The notes beneath the pieces were generated by a model. It did no database searches and was not told the DNA's origin. It saw only the letters and a program-made list of their open reading frames with translations. Source: a virus (lineage: Duplodnaviria; Caudoviricetes). Taken from it: a stretch of 64,000 nt of DNA. Position numbers and translations under genes: made by a program. Positions 46,561 to 56,169 of this stretch are shown here, piece after piece; within the stretch, counting starts at the first letter, position 1, and each line of letters opens with the position of its first letter. The DNA lies in the IMG/VR virus record IMGVR_UViG_3300036785_000305, positions 2,232 through 66,231 of that record. One strand, written 5' to 3'.

Positions 46561-46590
46561 AGTATACCCTATGCCCGGGGGTCGCGTCTA
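46561..46590 (-). promoter_or_regulatory. promoter TAGACG-N18-TATACT
   Basis: Repeated family, followed by AGAGGTA. Confidence 0.6.
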
Positions 46591-46745
46591 GCCTGAGTTT
46601 ATACGTACCCGGATACTAGTATCACCGTCAAACGGCTTGCTCTTGGCCGGATCATGGCACCAACAATCACAGGACTTCTTCAGCTTCCCCTGGTCATCGA
46701 CTTCGGTACACGGTACGTGTGGGCTATCTCCGTACAGCATACACT

Positions 46746-47150
46746 TTAGTGATTGCGCCATAACATATCTCGCGGTGCCTTCTTGGGGTAGGCCGTCTCC
46801 AGCATCTTGGTGAGGTCTACGCTAAGCCAGAGCATAGCGAGGTCATTGATCTCGTCAGTGACTTCGCCGAGAGGCGTGATGCTGTCGTACTTGCCACTGG
46901 CATATAGCCAGGCGAACACCATGCCTTTGAGGGTGTCGATCTTACGCCGGAGTTTGGTGATGCCGTTGGCTCGCGGACGGACGTAGCGCTGTCCGAACGC
47001 CGTGAGGATGTCATTGCGCAGGGCGCGGATCTCAGATTCGAGGCGTCGAATGCCGGTCTGGTCCATGTTGGGCTCCCTTATCTCTTTGACCCATTCTGCG
47101 TAGCTAGATAGCTCCGCATCGTCCTGCCTATTCCTACTCCATATTGCCAT
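46746..47150 (-). CDS. hypothetical protein
   Basis: AGGAG RBS; 134 aa. Confidence 0.5.
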   Translation of the reverse strand: MAIWSRNRQDDAELSSYAEWVKEIREPNMDQTGIRRLESEIRALRNDILTAFGQRYVRPRANGITKLRRKIDTLKGMVFAWLYASGKYDSITPLGEVTDEINDLAMLWLSVDLTKMLETAYPKKAPRDMLWRNH

Positions 47151-47191
47151 GAGTCTCCTAGAGGTACCTGCGCATCACGCTGACGTAGTCA

Positions 47192-47491
47192 CTAGTTATT
47201 GCGATAACCGCGACGATCCCGTATATGCCCCCCTGGATGAATAGCGCGTACAGCAAGGCTATACGCCATACAACCTCGCGGTAGAAATAAGGCAGCATCG
47301 AATTGCCTGACGGCCTTGTACATCGCCAGGCGCGTAGACTCGTCGGCGATGAGTAGGCCGTCGATACCTTGGGCCCTCCAGCATGACTTCCTATGGTCGT
47401 AGTTGACCTGGCCGGCTGGCGCGGTGCCGTCGGCTAGGGTGTAGGTTATGCTGGCATTGCTTACCGTCTTGCTGGTGACCCAGAGATTCAC
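47192..47491 (-). CDS. hypothetical protein
   Basis: GTGA overlap. Confidence 0.45.
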   Translation of the reverse strand: MNLWVTSKTVSNASITYTLADGTAPAGQVNYDHRKSCWRAQGIDGLLIADESTRLAMYKAVRQFDAALFLPRGCMAYSLAVRAIHPGGHIRDRRGYRNN

Positions 47492-47736
47492 AGAATGTCT
47501 CCCGTCTCGACTATGGCGGTTGCGGAGTATGTTGTATGGGTTATGTAGTCGCTCTTGATCAGTAGCCGTACCTTGACGCCGGGATGTCTGCTATCCATAT
47601 GTTCTTTGAGCGTCTTGATTGCCAAGGTTTCGTTGCTTGGCTCGCGGAGGGTATACGGGATGACGCCGTGGAGCGGGCACGTGAACTTCCACATCCCGTT
47701 CATGCGGCTGCTACGCACCGCGGTCAAAGTCTCCAT
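47488..47736 (-). CDS. hypothetical protein
   Basis: TAATG coupling; C..H...H....H. Confidence 0.5.
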   Translation of the reverse strand: METLTAVRSSRMNGMWKFTCPLHGVIPYTLREPSNETLAIKTLKEHMDSRHPGVKVRLLIKSDYITHTTYSATAIVETGDIL

Positions 47737-48038
47737 TATCCAACTGGCTCTGCGCGGAGTGGCTTGTAGATTCGAAGCTGATCTATTGTCTGGCTGCTGA
47801 AGGTACCGCGGGCATCGGGAATGATGCCTTTGTAGTCGGCCGGGTAGTTAGCGCGCTCGGCAAACTCTTCTGCCAGAAGGTAGCTGTCGAAGACGACGCC
47901 GCCAGATTGCTCGACCCGGCGCAGTTCGCCTATGGTGTGGAGCTGTCTCGTTTCGACTGCCTGCTGGAACTGCGGGTTGCCCTTGTAACCGTAGCCGCTA
48001 TGCTGGACTACCGTCCACTTGTTTGGTGTCGCCGTCAT
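47736..48038 (-). CDS. hypothetical protein
   Basis: Downstream of a TATAAT box at 48070-48075. Confidence 0.55.
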   Translation of the reverse strand: MTATPNKWTVVQHSGYGYKGNPQFQQAVETRQLHTIGELRRVEQSGGVVFDSYLLAEEFAERANYPADYKGIIPDARGTFSSQTIDQLRIYKPLRAEPVG

Positions 48039-48214
48039 TTCACTTCCCGTCCCTTCATCGCCTATCCCTATTATACCCTACCCAGGCCTTATCAGGGAAG
48101 CCCTAGATACCCTCTGTACGGCCCGGAGAGCGACGGAGAGCGGCTTTGGGGACCGGCCGGATATCTAGGTACCCGGCCGATCCCACAAGCCTTAGAATCG
48201 CTGTCCGCGTGGTG

Positions 48215-49186
48215 CTATAGGGCCTTGCGCGCTCCCGCGCCAGCAGCGGGATTCAGGTTCGCCGTGTTCGCGTGCCTAGTGCCTCGCGCATACGCTTCGG
48301 CATTGTGCTTTGTCTGCCTGGTGGTTCCGAACGTCATGCCCGGGAAGTCAACGAGCATCGCCTCATCGATGCTCTCGGTCTTGTCCTTGAGCACTAGTTC
48401 ATTGCCCTTGCCGCGCTGGCCAGAGATCTCGGCAAGGCGATCTCGAATCCGGTTGAGGTAGCCGCGAGCGGCGTTGATGCGGAACGTCTTGCTGCTGTTC
48501 GACGTGATGCGCAGGAACGGCTCGTCACGTTCCTGGATTGCCCGCTCGTATGCCTTCTTGTAGACGCCGACTGACCGGGGGTACGTAGCCCGCACCTTGG
48601 TTTCCCGGTTGACGAACATGAGCGCTGGCTCGTCCGATCGCGGAGGAACATCGTACCAGCCGTACAACCTTGCGATGTCAATCCAGTTGAGCCCGGCGTT
48701 GTGGAGTTCGTATGCGTTGTCTTCGAGTGACTTGGCTGGGTCCGGTTTCGGGAAGATGGCGCCGCCGAAGTGGAGGAACAGGTTCGTGAACATCAGCTCG
48801 AAGTACCTGATGTCGGACTCGTAGCCGTACACCCAGCAGTACTCCTGCTTGTCCGACTTCTTGTAGGCGGTACCGACCATCCAGATCGAAGAGCACTTGC
48901 AGAACTTCGCCACGATGTTGACGAGAGTCGCCATGTCGTTGAGGAACTCATTGTCCTCTTCGCCGATGTCGATCTTGATCCTGGTCGGCTTCGCCGCGAC
49001 CGGGGCAGCGCGCATCGTCTGCCACTCTTCGACCGCGTATTTTTGCATCATCTTATCGGCAGCGCCACGGCAGGCATCTGCCTCATTCATGCTCTCCGGA
49101 TCGCCGAGTGCCTCAAGGCCCTCTGCCTTCTGGATAAGGCCCCTGATCTTGCTAAGGACCTTATCCGCGTCCCGCGTGGCTTCCAT
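48215..49186 (-). CDS. DUF2786-domain protein
   Basis: 'KIRGLIQKAE...EADAC...ADKMMQKY'; AAGGAGG RBS. Confidence 0.65.
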   Translation of the reverse strand: MEATRDADKVLSKIRGLIQKAEGLEALGDPESMNEADACRGAADKMMQKYAVEEWQTMRAAPVAAKPTRIKIDIGEEDNEFLNDMATLVNIVAKFCKCSSIWMVGTAYKKSDKQEYCWVYGYESDIRYFELMFTNLFLHFGGAIFPKPDPAKSLEDNAYELHNAGLNWIDIARLYGWYDVPPRSDEPALMFVNRETKVRATYPRSVGVYKKAYERAIQERDEPFLRITSNSSKTFRINAARGYLNRIRDRLAEISGQRGKGNELVLKDKTESIDEAMLVDFPGMTFGTTRQTKHNAEAYARGTRHANTANLNPAAGAGARKAL

Positions 49187-49422
49187 TACTGCTTTTCCTC
49201 CTTGCGGTGCTTGCCGACGTACTCGTGCCGGCCAACGAACCATGGGCCGGTCTCTTCCTCAGTCTCGGCCTTGGGGTAGAGGATGATCCAGGCCTCATCC
49301 ATTTCCGCTTCGATGTCGACCCTCTCCACCTCCATTTCCTCGCCTGCGAACGAGAACCTGACTTCGCTGTCGTCGAGCAGCTCGCCGAGCTTGGCGAAGA
49401 ACTCGCCCCTATTCAGAATCAT
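49186..49422 (-). CDS. hypothetical acidic protein
   Basis: Coupled to DUF2786 gene. Confidence 0.5.
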   Translation of the reverse strand: MILNRGEFFAKLGELLDDSEVRFSFAGEEMEVERVDIEAEMDEAWIILYPKAETEEETGPWFVGRHEYVGKHRKEEKQ

Positions 49423-49572
49423 TACTGACGACTTCTTCCTTGAGAGCCTTACCGTGGAAGACCACGGTCTGGACGTGGGACGGCTTGAACTTGTTCAGCG
49501 CCGCCGCTATCTTCGGCAGCGTCGTCCGGTCCCACTTCTCGTCGGGGATCGCGACAAGGATGTACTTCATTT

Positions 49573-49899
49573 CTATCTCCATTCCGGGTAGAACTTGGAA
49601 GCCAGGCGCTTCTCGACGCCTGACATACTGAGAATGAACTTGCCATTCTCCAGAGCTATCGCCCCGCCGACGCTGCCGGAGTCAGAGCCCCAGGTACTGC
49701 CGGCGCGGACCTGCCGGAACATTCGCAGGATGGCGTGGGCGTGATCCTCGGTCTTCACGTAGGCGTCGCTGTCGCCGGGAGTGAACTTGCCGGTGACGGT
49801 CACGATCTGGTCGTGGGCCGTGATCGTCAGGCCGTACTCTTCGGCCTTGGCGCGAATGATGGCCACGCGGATCTCCATCGAGGACTTCAATTCACACAT
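49573..49899 (-). CDS. hypothetical protein
   Basis: TAATG coupling; high GC3. Confidence 0.55.
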   Translation of the reverse strand: MCELKSSMEIRVAIIRAKAEEYGLTITAHDQIVTVTGKFTPGDSDAYVKTEDHAHAILRMFRQVRAGSTWGSDSGSVGGAIALENGKFILSMSGVEKRLASKFYPEWR

Positions 49900-50102
49900 T
49901 ACAGCATTCCTGACTTTGCGACATCGCTTACGGTGATCACTGTGCTCTCCTGGTCGCGGTCAGGCAGCGGAATGTCCGTCACTCCGCTGATGTTGTAGTA
50001 GGCGTAGTTGCGCCCGGCGAACTCGATGTAGATCTCTGCTGGCTGGTCATCGCTGCCGCCGTCAGCCTGGAGAGCGGCGATAAGCTCGCCCTTGGTCATC
50101 AT
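49899..50102 (-). CDS. hypothetical protein
   Basis: Tightly packed operon. Confidence 0.55.
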   Translation of the reverse strand: MMTKGELIAALQADGGSDDQPAEIYIEFAGRNYAYYNISGVTDIPLPDRDQESTVITVSDVAKSGML

Positions 50103-50103
50103 C

Positions 50104-50448
50104 CTAATCCTCCTGGAATGGCTCGACGCGGAACTTGGCGCCCATCACGCCGCCGAACTGCTCATGGAAGTCGTCGATCAGGGAGATGTAGTCGATGTAG
50201 TGCTCGCCGAGGTTTCGTAGCTTGCCGTCGATCAGCATTCGCCGCGCGCCGTCGATCTCCACGATCTTGATGACCAGCGTCTCGTCGTCGCCGAGCACGC
50301 GCTCGATCTTGTACTCGTCGTCGCTGACCTGGGTAACGTCGACCGGCTCAGTAAACGGCCAGTTCTCGCTGTTGTCGTCGCCGCCGCCCAGCCACGGGTT
50401 CCCGTGGTTATCAAGCCAGGAATCGTATCCCGGTAGTTCTCTCGACAT
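50104..50448 (-). CDS. hypothetical protein
   Basis: Downstream of promoter; 'LPGYDSWL' N-terminus. Confidence 0.6.
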   Translation of the reverse strand: MSRELPGYDSWLDNHGNPWLGGGDDNSENWPFTEPVDVTQVSDDEYKIERVLGDDETLVIKIVEIDGARRMLIDGKLRNLGEHYIDYISLIDDFHEQFGGVMGAKFRVEPFQED

Positions 50449-50489
50449 TGCCTTCGCCTTTCCTCACTCGCGGGAAATCCGCTACCTCT

Positions 50490-50519
50490 ATTATACCGCG
50501 TCAGGAGCGCGTGAGTCTA
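50490..50519 (-). promoter_or_regulatory. promoter TAGACT-N18-TATAAT
   Basis: Repeated family. Confidence 0.65.
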
Positions 50520-50680
50520 GTAGTCAGTCGTCCTCAGTTTCGCTGTCGTCGCCGTCGATGTAGGTGTCGTCGTCGTCCGGGTCGCCGCAGCAGGCGAGAT
50601 TTATCTGCTGCTCTGGCGTCAGCTCACTCCAACGCTTTGGCTGAAAAATACCGGAACCACTTGAAGAGTTAGTCAAAACA

Positions 50681-50968
50681 TCATCTCCCGTGTTGGTAGA
50701 TTGCGTAGATGATCGCGAACGGCATCGCCACTATTAGGACCGCGATCTGAAATAGCCAGACATGGAACTGGAGGAATGCCCACCAGGCGATACAGCCAAC
50801 GAATCCGGCGGTCCAGACTGCTACTAGGAAGACGGTGATTATTAGCCAAACCAGGCAGCCGACGTAGAGCCCGCTCGGCCACTCGATGTCGCTCAGGCCA
50901 TCCATCCATTTGCCCGCGCCGTGGTTAATTCTCCGCGACATGTCGGGCGCGAAGATAAGTCCAGACAT
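50681..50968 (-). CDS. membrane protein (2 TM)
   Basis: Two long hydrophobic stretches. Confidence 0.55.
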   Translation of the reverse strand: MSGLIFAPDMSRRINHGAGKWMDGLSDIEWPSGLYVGCLVWLIITVFLVAVWTAGFVGCIAWWAFLQFHVWLFQIAVLIVAMPFAIIYAIYQHGR

Positions 50969-50971
50969 TGC

Positions 50972-51172
50972 CTAACTCCCGTTCCTCGTGACTAGGATTT
51001 TCTTGCCGTTCTGGGTATAGTTGCCGTGGACGGGATACTTGTACCAGCGTCCGTCGCGGAAGATGGCTATAGCCCGTAGGTTGTCGTCGGTGTAGCCGTG
51101 GCCGTACAGGTGAACCGCGATAGCTTCTCGTAGGTGAAGGTCAGGCATTTCGCTCACCGGCTTGTTAGGCAT
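50972..51172 (-). CDS. hypothetical protein
   Basis: Overlap with upstream stop. Confidence 0.45.
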   Translation of the reverse strand: MPNKPVSEMPDLHLREAIAVHLYGHGYTDDNLRAIAIFRDGRWYKYPVHGNYTQNGKKILVTRNGS

Positions 51173-51371
51173 CCAGACCCCCTGGAATGATAACTCCTGT
51201 ACGCCTGGAGAGTTCACGCCGGATCGTTTCGGAGCAGTCGTACATGATCGACTGGGCGATTTCCCAGTAGACGCTGTCTTCCTGCTCCTGGAGATCTGGA
51301 CTGTCCTTGATGGTGTCCTCGGTGGCGAGGTCGATTGCCTTCATCGCGTCTTCGACGGAGTTGTAGAACAT
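51165..51371 (-). CDS. hypothetical protein
   Basis: TAATG coupling. Confidence 0.5.
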   Translation of the reverse strand: MFYNSVEDAMKAIDLATEDTIKDSPDLQEQEDSVYWEIAQSIMYDCSETIRRELSRRTGVIIPGGLDA

Positions 51372-51571
51372 TACTGCCCCTTCGCCTGCTTGCGCTCTTT
51401 GTCGGCAAGTCCTTGGCAGTACCATTCCGCCTGCGTCGTGGTGGCTGTTTTCCTCCCCGTCCCGGTGCTGATAACCCAAGTTGAACGCCCACCTTCCTCA
51501 GGTGGCGAGTAGTCGATGCCGTGATGCATGAATGCGCGCTCGATAGCGTTACGCCTGTCCTTGACGGTCAT
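51371..51571 (-). CDS. hypothetical protein
   Basis: ATGA coupling. Confidence 0.5.
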   Translation of the reverse strand: MTVKDRRNAIERAFMHHGIDYSPPEEGGRSTWVISTGTGRKTATTTQAEWYCQGLADKERKQAKGQ

Positions 51572-52086
51572 TTCGCTGCTGCCCGTCCCTGTCGGTTGAA
51601 GTCTGATGGCTGGAAGTACCTGTAGGTGCGGAGGGCGATCAGCACTGTCCGCGGGTCAACGCCGTTCGGGAAGGTGTCGCTGAAGTTCTCTTCGATCCAG
51701 CGCGAGTACCTCAGGATGTCGTCTGGAATTGGCTTCGTCAGGTAGCCGCGATGTCCGCTGATGCGCGGGGTCTTGGTCTTAGTTCCGTTGCTGCGCGGCT
51801 TCGCCGGCTGTGGCTCTGGCTCAGGCTCGGGCTCGTTGTCCTGGAGGGAATCAGTACAGGGCTTCCACTCCATCCCCTGCCAGATGTCGAAGCTGAACTC
51901 GCCGTGCTCGCGCTCGTACTCCTCAAGGATGCCGTTGTTCCAGTAGTCGAAGCAGAACGCCTCCTTCGAGCCCCAGTCCACTCTGCCGAATTCGATCTTC
52001 TCTTGATTCTGCGGCTTCCGATGACCGCACCGGTATTCGTGAATATGTACTGTGCCGTCGCTTATGTTCCAGGCGAACAGTCGCAT
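51568..52086 (-). CDS. protein with C-terminal YGHFQ-family domain, copy 2
   Basis: 'YLTKPIP...YSRWIEENF...VDPRTVLIALRTYRYFQPSDFN'. Confidence 0.6.
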   Translation of the reverse strand: MRLFAWNISDGTVHIHEYRCGHRKPQNQEKIEFGRVDWGSKEAFCFDYWNNGILEEYEREHGEFSFDIWQGMEWKPCTDSLQDNEPEPEPEPQPAKPRSNGTKTKTPRISGHRGYLTKPIPDDILRYSRWIEENFSDTFPNGVDPRTVLIALRTYRYFQPSDFNRQGRAAAK

Positions 52087-52164
52087 CCTTTTCCTTTCGA
52101 TTCGGCTGCCCGCCCCTCCGTGCCAGGAGGGGCGGGCGCGGCAGGAGGGGTACCCTCCCTTTTG

Positions 52165-52677
52165 CTAGGCGGTTAGTGACTTGGCCGGGTGGCCGTTGGT
52201 GCTGCCTTCGAGCTTTCGCTCGGCGCGGTAGATGTCATAGAGCCAGGTGATCTCGCCGCCGCCCGGGTACTCGGCCAGGAACGCGCCGATTGCGAAGAAC
52301 GCTTGATCGTCGGCGTAGTCGTTCTTGTCGAGCCCGTGAAGAGTGCTGATGTAGATCGTGCCGCCGCCGACCGCGCAGATAATCCTGCGGGTCACGACGT
52401 TGTAGAGGTAGGTTGCGCTACCCTCCTTGAGTTCGTCGTCGCTCCAGCCGACGGCTCTGGCATCTTCCTTGTTGGAGCAGCGCCGCTCGATGACGTACAG
52501 AAGGCAGGTCGGGTCGTAGGTCTTGCCGAAAATGTAACTGCCGTCGGCCGCGTACTGGGCCGGTGTGATCCAGAATTCGAACTTCGGTGGCGTCGCGGCC
52601 TTGCGCGCCTTGATTGCTGCCCTCTCCCGCGCCTCTGCTTCGGCCAGTTCGCGGCGGAGGTCTGCTGATGATTTCAC
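52165..52677 (-). CDS. hypothetical protein
   Basis: Downstream of promoter; GAAAGG RBS. Confidence 0.55.
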   Translation of the reverse strand: MKSSADLRRELAEAEARERAAIKARKAATPPKFEFWITPAQYAADGSYIFGKTYDPTCLLYVIERRCSNKEDARAVGWSDDELKEGSATYLYNVVTRRIICAVGGGTIYISTLHGLDKNDYADDQAFFAIGAFLAEYPGGGEITWLYDIYRAERKLEGSTNGHPAKSLTA

Positions 52678-52705
52678 ATTTCGCCTTTCTTTGGGTCCTA
52701 CCCCT

Positions 52706-52735
52706 ATTATACCTCGTCAGGGGCTTCGCAGTATA
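52706..52735 (-). promoter_or_regulatory. promoter TATACT-N18-TATAAT
   Basis: Repeated family, followed by AGGGGTA. Confidence 0.55.
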
Positions 52736-52761
52736 GAGGTCAGAGCGTATGTTTTCCGGGG

Positions 52762-53106
52762 CTAGCTTCGCAGCAGGCGAACTTCTCCCTGGTCTAGGTA
52801 GAAGGCACGAGGTCCATGTTTCCGCGCCAGAGCAGCATGAACAACCTCGACCGGGTTGTCGTAGCGCATTGACGGCCCGTTCCTGGAGGCAGGCCGAATG
52901 GTCATACCCCATACGCCGAACGTGTCGCGGAAGATGTGGACGCCATCCTTCAGGGTGGCACTGCCTACTGCGAGGTTGCCGTCCTTGTCGAGCATTACGA
53001 TATAGTTGTCCTTGACGCCGTTGAAGTTGTTCTGGCGCGGTCCTGTGCGATTCGCTTCGGCATTCAAAGCCACCACAAGTTCGAGCAGCTTCTGCTTGGT
53101 GATCAT
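52762..53106 (-). CDS. hypothetical protein
   Basis: AGGAAGG RBS. Confidence 0.55.
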   Translation of the reverse strand: MITKQKLLELVVALNAEANRTGPRQNNFNGVKDNYIVMLDKDGNLAVGSATLKDGVHIFRDTFGVWGMTIRPASRNGPSMRYDNPVEVVHAALARKHGPRAFYLDQGEVRLLRS

Positions 53107-53190
53107 CGCATTTCCTTCCTGCTCGGTGCCGCCGCCCATATCGACGGCGGCACCTTCGTTACTGATTTAGACAGGTGTTACTGCCCAGCA

Positions 53191-53373
53191 CTATACCTCT
53201 TCTATTGTCCACCCAGACGGCAGGGTCTCGTAGAGGGCATTGACCTCATCCTCAGTCATCATCTGCCCATCCCCTACCTGCCGGCCGTAGGCGTCCAGGA
53301 TCTTAACCTGGACGTTGCGGGGAGCATCACGGTACATCTGCTCGTAGATTTCCTGCTCGATGTCGCGGGTCAT
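53191..53373 (-). CDS. hypothetical protein
   Basis: TAATG coupling. Confidence 0.45.
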   Translation of the reverse strand: MTRDIEQEIYEQMYRDAPRNVQVKILDAYGRQVGDGQMMTEDEVNALYETLPSGWTIEEV

Positions 53374-53666
53374 TACGGCGATTCCTCTGCTAGCTTGAAG
53401 ATAGCTCCGGCGCACTGTTCGAGTGTGCCGTCGACGACGTACGTGCCTTCTGCGTATGGCTGCCATGACCAGGACTCGCCAGGCTCGTGGCCGGGTAGGC
53501 TGGTACGCCAATCTCCGCGCCAGCGCACCAGGTCACCACGGTAGTTGTCCTGGCCGTCGTAGATCATCCACCTGGTCGCGCCCTTGCGGCCGCTCGCAGT
53601 GGAGTGGACAGGCACCCAGCCTGGCGGCAGGATCTCGCGGAGGTTGATGCGTTTTCTAGGCATCAC
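53373..53666 (-). CDS. hypothetical protein
   Basis: GAAAAGGGGAT RBS matching the cassette RBS. Confidence 0.55.
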   Translation of the reverse strand: MMPRKRINLREILPPGWVPVHSTASGRKGATRWMIYDGQDNYRGDLVRWRGDWRTSLPGHEPGESWSWQPYAEGTYVVDGTLEQCAGAIFKLAEESP

Positions 53667-53748
53667 ATCCCCTTTTCGATTGGGTAACGATTCGATATAT
53701 ATCGAGCGCGCGCGCGAACGCGCGCGAGCCGATCGCGCGCGCGCCCCG

Positions 53749-54642
53749 TCATGCTATTCTCGGCTTGCGACCCGGAGGATTGCGCCTCTGGATCCCAGTC
53801 TTGTAGTCGGACATTATCCTGACTGTCGCGGAGTCGACCTTCACGTCAACACCGTCGACTTCTACGTAGATCGAGGTCTGCTCGATTCGATACCCGAATG
53901 GCGCCCAGGGAGCGCCGCACTTGAGCTTCTCGCAGACTACGGTCGCCAGGCCACCTTCGTCATCGTCAGGCATAATCCTGATAACGAAGTCGGCCGCATT
54001 GAATAGTCGCGGACCTCGCATTCTCTTGTCGTTATAGTTCGGATGCGCTATCGCGAGCACTACGCAATCTAGTTCCCGCGCCAGCATCTTCATTCCCTGA
54101 ACGACCCGGTTAGCGCTGGTATCGTTCGAGATTGAGAGATTCGTGAAGTCGGACAGCGCGTCCAGGATCACGAGCTTGAGATCTGGTATCTGCTTCAGCT
54201 GAGCGATCGCCACAGTCAGCGCGAGCGTAGGCTCGCCATGACTGCTTAGCGGTAGCTCGAACGGCGCGGTGATAGCGAAGAGGCCATCATCGTGCCATTC
54301 TGGATTCTCTTCGAGCCACTTGCTACGCTCGGGCTCCTGGAGATTCTTCGCTACCTGCTCGCGATCTGCGTAACCTCGTGCTAGCCGGGCTTGCTCGCGG
54401 ATGCCCGCGTCATACTTACCTTCGCCAAAGACGATCGCGACACTTCCCTCACCAGTCTTGCGACCGGCGAAGTCCGCACCATTCACGACGGCTAGGGCTA
54501 GCTCGACATTGACGAGTAGACTCTTGCCTGCGCGGGACGGTCCCCAGACGAAGCCAATACTAGGCCCCTCAGGAATCATTCCCTCCACGAGGTATCGCGG
54601 CGGTGTCGAGTCCATATCGCTGAAGTGTATGATCTCAGCCAT
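53749..54642 (-). CDS. RecA-family AAA ATPase/helicase (AAA_25-like)
   Basis: Walker A 'GPSRAGKS', Walker B 'VILDAL', 'IAHPN', 'RG..LFNAAD'. Confidence 0.8.
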   Translation of the reverse strand: MAEIIHFSDMDSTPPRYLVEGMIPEGPSIGFVWGPSRAGKSLLVNVELALAVVNGADFAGRKTGEGSVAIVFGEGKYDAGIREQARLARGYADREQVAKNLQEPERSKWLEENPEWHDDGLFAITAPFELPLSSHGEPTLALTVAIAQLKQIPDLKLVILDALSDFTNLSISNDTSANRVVQGMKMLARELDCVVLAIAHPNYNDKRMRGPRLFNAADFVIRIMPDDDEGGLATVVCEKLKCGAPWAPFGYRIEQTSIYVEVDGVDVKVDSATVRIMSDYKTGIQRRNPPGRKPRIA

Positions 54643-54728
54643 ACAACTCCAAGTTCATCTTATCCCCTTTTCTAGTGACTGGATAGCCACTCCTCAGGCG
54701 ACGGCCTTGGCCGCCGCCCAAAGGGCAA

Positions 54729-54899
54729 CTACTCGCCTACTTCCGTCTTCTCATCTATCAGGATGTAACCCTCGACGACCCAGAACCGGCCGAAGGCAGA
54801 GGTAATATGGCCGGCGTCCATTGCGTCCCAGATCGCCTCGTGGACTGCTTCATCCTCGGTGATGTACTCGTCTTCGAGATTCAGCTTCGCTACATACAC
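54729..54899 (-). CDS. 56-aa acidic cassette protein
   Basis: Translated by hand; stop abuts hairpin 1; GAGG RBS. Confidence 0.5.
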   Translation of the reverse strand: MYVAKLNLEDEYITEDEAVHEAIWDAMDAGHITSAFGRFWVVEGYILIDEKTEVGE

Positions 54900-54936
54900 T
54901 ACACACTACCTCACTCGCTCCGTCGTCCTTACCTCT

Positions 54937-54966
54937 ATTATACCCTAGCACAAGGCTAGCAGAATA
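54937..54966 (-). promoter_or_regulatory. promoter TATTCT-N18-TATAAT
   Basis: Followed by AGAGGTA. Confidence 0.55.
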
Positions 54967-54970
54967 GAGG

Positions 54971-55207
54971 TCAGAGCGGCTTGTCGAAATCCGCGCCGAG
55001 CCTGTCGACGATATACGCATTCAGCTTTGCGTACACCGTTCGAGTGGCGGGACGGCCGGGCAGGTCTAGAAGTTCCTGCGCGATAGTACGAGCTGAGCGG
55101 CCACGCCGCTTCATGCCTTTGATCTCCAGGCTCAAGGCTGCTCGCAAGGCGAGTACGCTGGCCATGCGAGTCTGCTCTTCGCCCGAGATGCTGAAGCCTT
55201 CGCTCAT
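54971..55207 (-). CDS. cassette protein
   Basis: ATG follows repeat RBS. Confidence 0.6.
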   Translation of the reverse strand: MSEGFSISGEEQTRMASVLALRAALSLEIKGMKRRGRSARTIAQELLDLPGRPATRTVYAKLNAYIVDRLGADFDKPL

Positions 55208-55282
55208 TGTCATCCCCTTTTCTAGTGACCTGATAGCCACTCCGCAGGCGACACCTCGCGGTGCCGCCCACAGGGCAGTTAC

Positions 55283-55684
55283 CTAGACTTCCAATTCCGT
55301 CTTGCCGCAGCTCGGGCAGACATAGGAAGTGTTCATCCCGTCGCCGAGAATGTAGTGGTGACGGATATGGAACGCAGCGCCGCAATCGCACACGAACTCG
55401 ATCTCCAGGATGCTCGACCACTTCGGCGTTGTCCTGGCGACGAGTTCCGCGTTGTACTGGCCAGGGTTGTCGTAACCCGCGGCAAGCACAGCTCGGACGC
55501 GGCAGTCGCGCTCCCACTCCGCGATCATGTCGCCACAGTCGCCGCTCGGGTCGCCCATTGGATCGGGCTCGGCGGTAATGTAGCTCCAGACTGCGGACGC
55601 GGCGCGGCTTAGCTTGCTCGCTGCGTACCGCACGGCAGGCGCTTCCTGCTCCCACGGAATCAGCTCGTAGTCGTCGCTGTCCAT
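55283..55684 (-). CDS. cassette protein with C-terminal zinc ribbon
   Basis: Between hairpins 3 and 2; CDCG and CPSCG. Confidence 0.6.
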   Translation of the reverse strand: MDSDDYELIPWEQEAPAVRYAASKLSRAASAVWSYITAEPDPMGDPSGDCGDMIAEWERDCRVRAVLAAGYDNPGQYNAELVARTTPKWSSILEIEFVCDCGAAFHIRHHYILGDGMNTSYVCPSCGKTELEV

Positions 55685-55763
55685 CGTATCCCCTTTTCTG
55701 TTCGTGGCTGGATAGCCACTCCGCAGGCGACACCTCGCGGTGCCGCCCACAGGGCAGTTACCT

Positions 55764-55979
55764 TCAGTCCTGCTGCTTCGCCCGGTTGCGCAGGAAGTTG
55801 ATAAAGTCTTCCATGCGTTCCTCTCGCCAGTCGCGGAGTTCCCACTCGGCTATTGGCTTCAGCGGGGCGTGGTACGCTTCGATGTACGCTAGGTACGCAA
55901 ATTCCTCGGGCGACAGGTCGCCGTCGAATGCTGGATCGTACTCTGGCTGGTCATCGAACGCCTCAGCCTCAGTGCGCAC
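55764..55979 (-). CDS. cassette protein
   Basis: GTG overlapping upstream gene end; stop abuts hairpin 3. Confidence 0.5.
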   Translation of the reverse strand: MRTEAEAFDDQPEYDPAFDGDLSPEEFAYLAYIEAYHAPLKPIAEWELRDWREERMEDFINFLRNRAKQQD

Positions 55980-56169
55980 CTCGCACCTCCAGACGCTGGC
56001 CCTTGCCCAGGCCGAGGCCCAGACCATAGAGGCGGAAGTGCTCTTCGCACATGAATGCCCACGGCCCGTGAATCGTCGCGCCATCGTACAGCGCAGGCTC
56101 GGGCTCGCGAGTGCCGTGGACAAAGCTACACGATGGTAGCTCGTCGACCACAACCTTCGTGTTCGGCAT
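55969..56169 (-). CDS. cassette protein
   Basis: After repeat RBS; 'YDGATIHGPWAFMCEEHF...GLGLGKGQ'. Confidence 0.6.
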   Translation of the reverse strand: MPNTKVVVDELPSCSFVHGTREPEPALYDGATIHGPWAFMCEEHFRLYGLGLGLGKGQRLEVRGAH

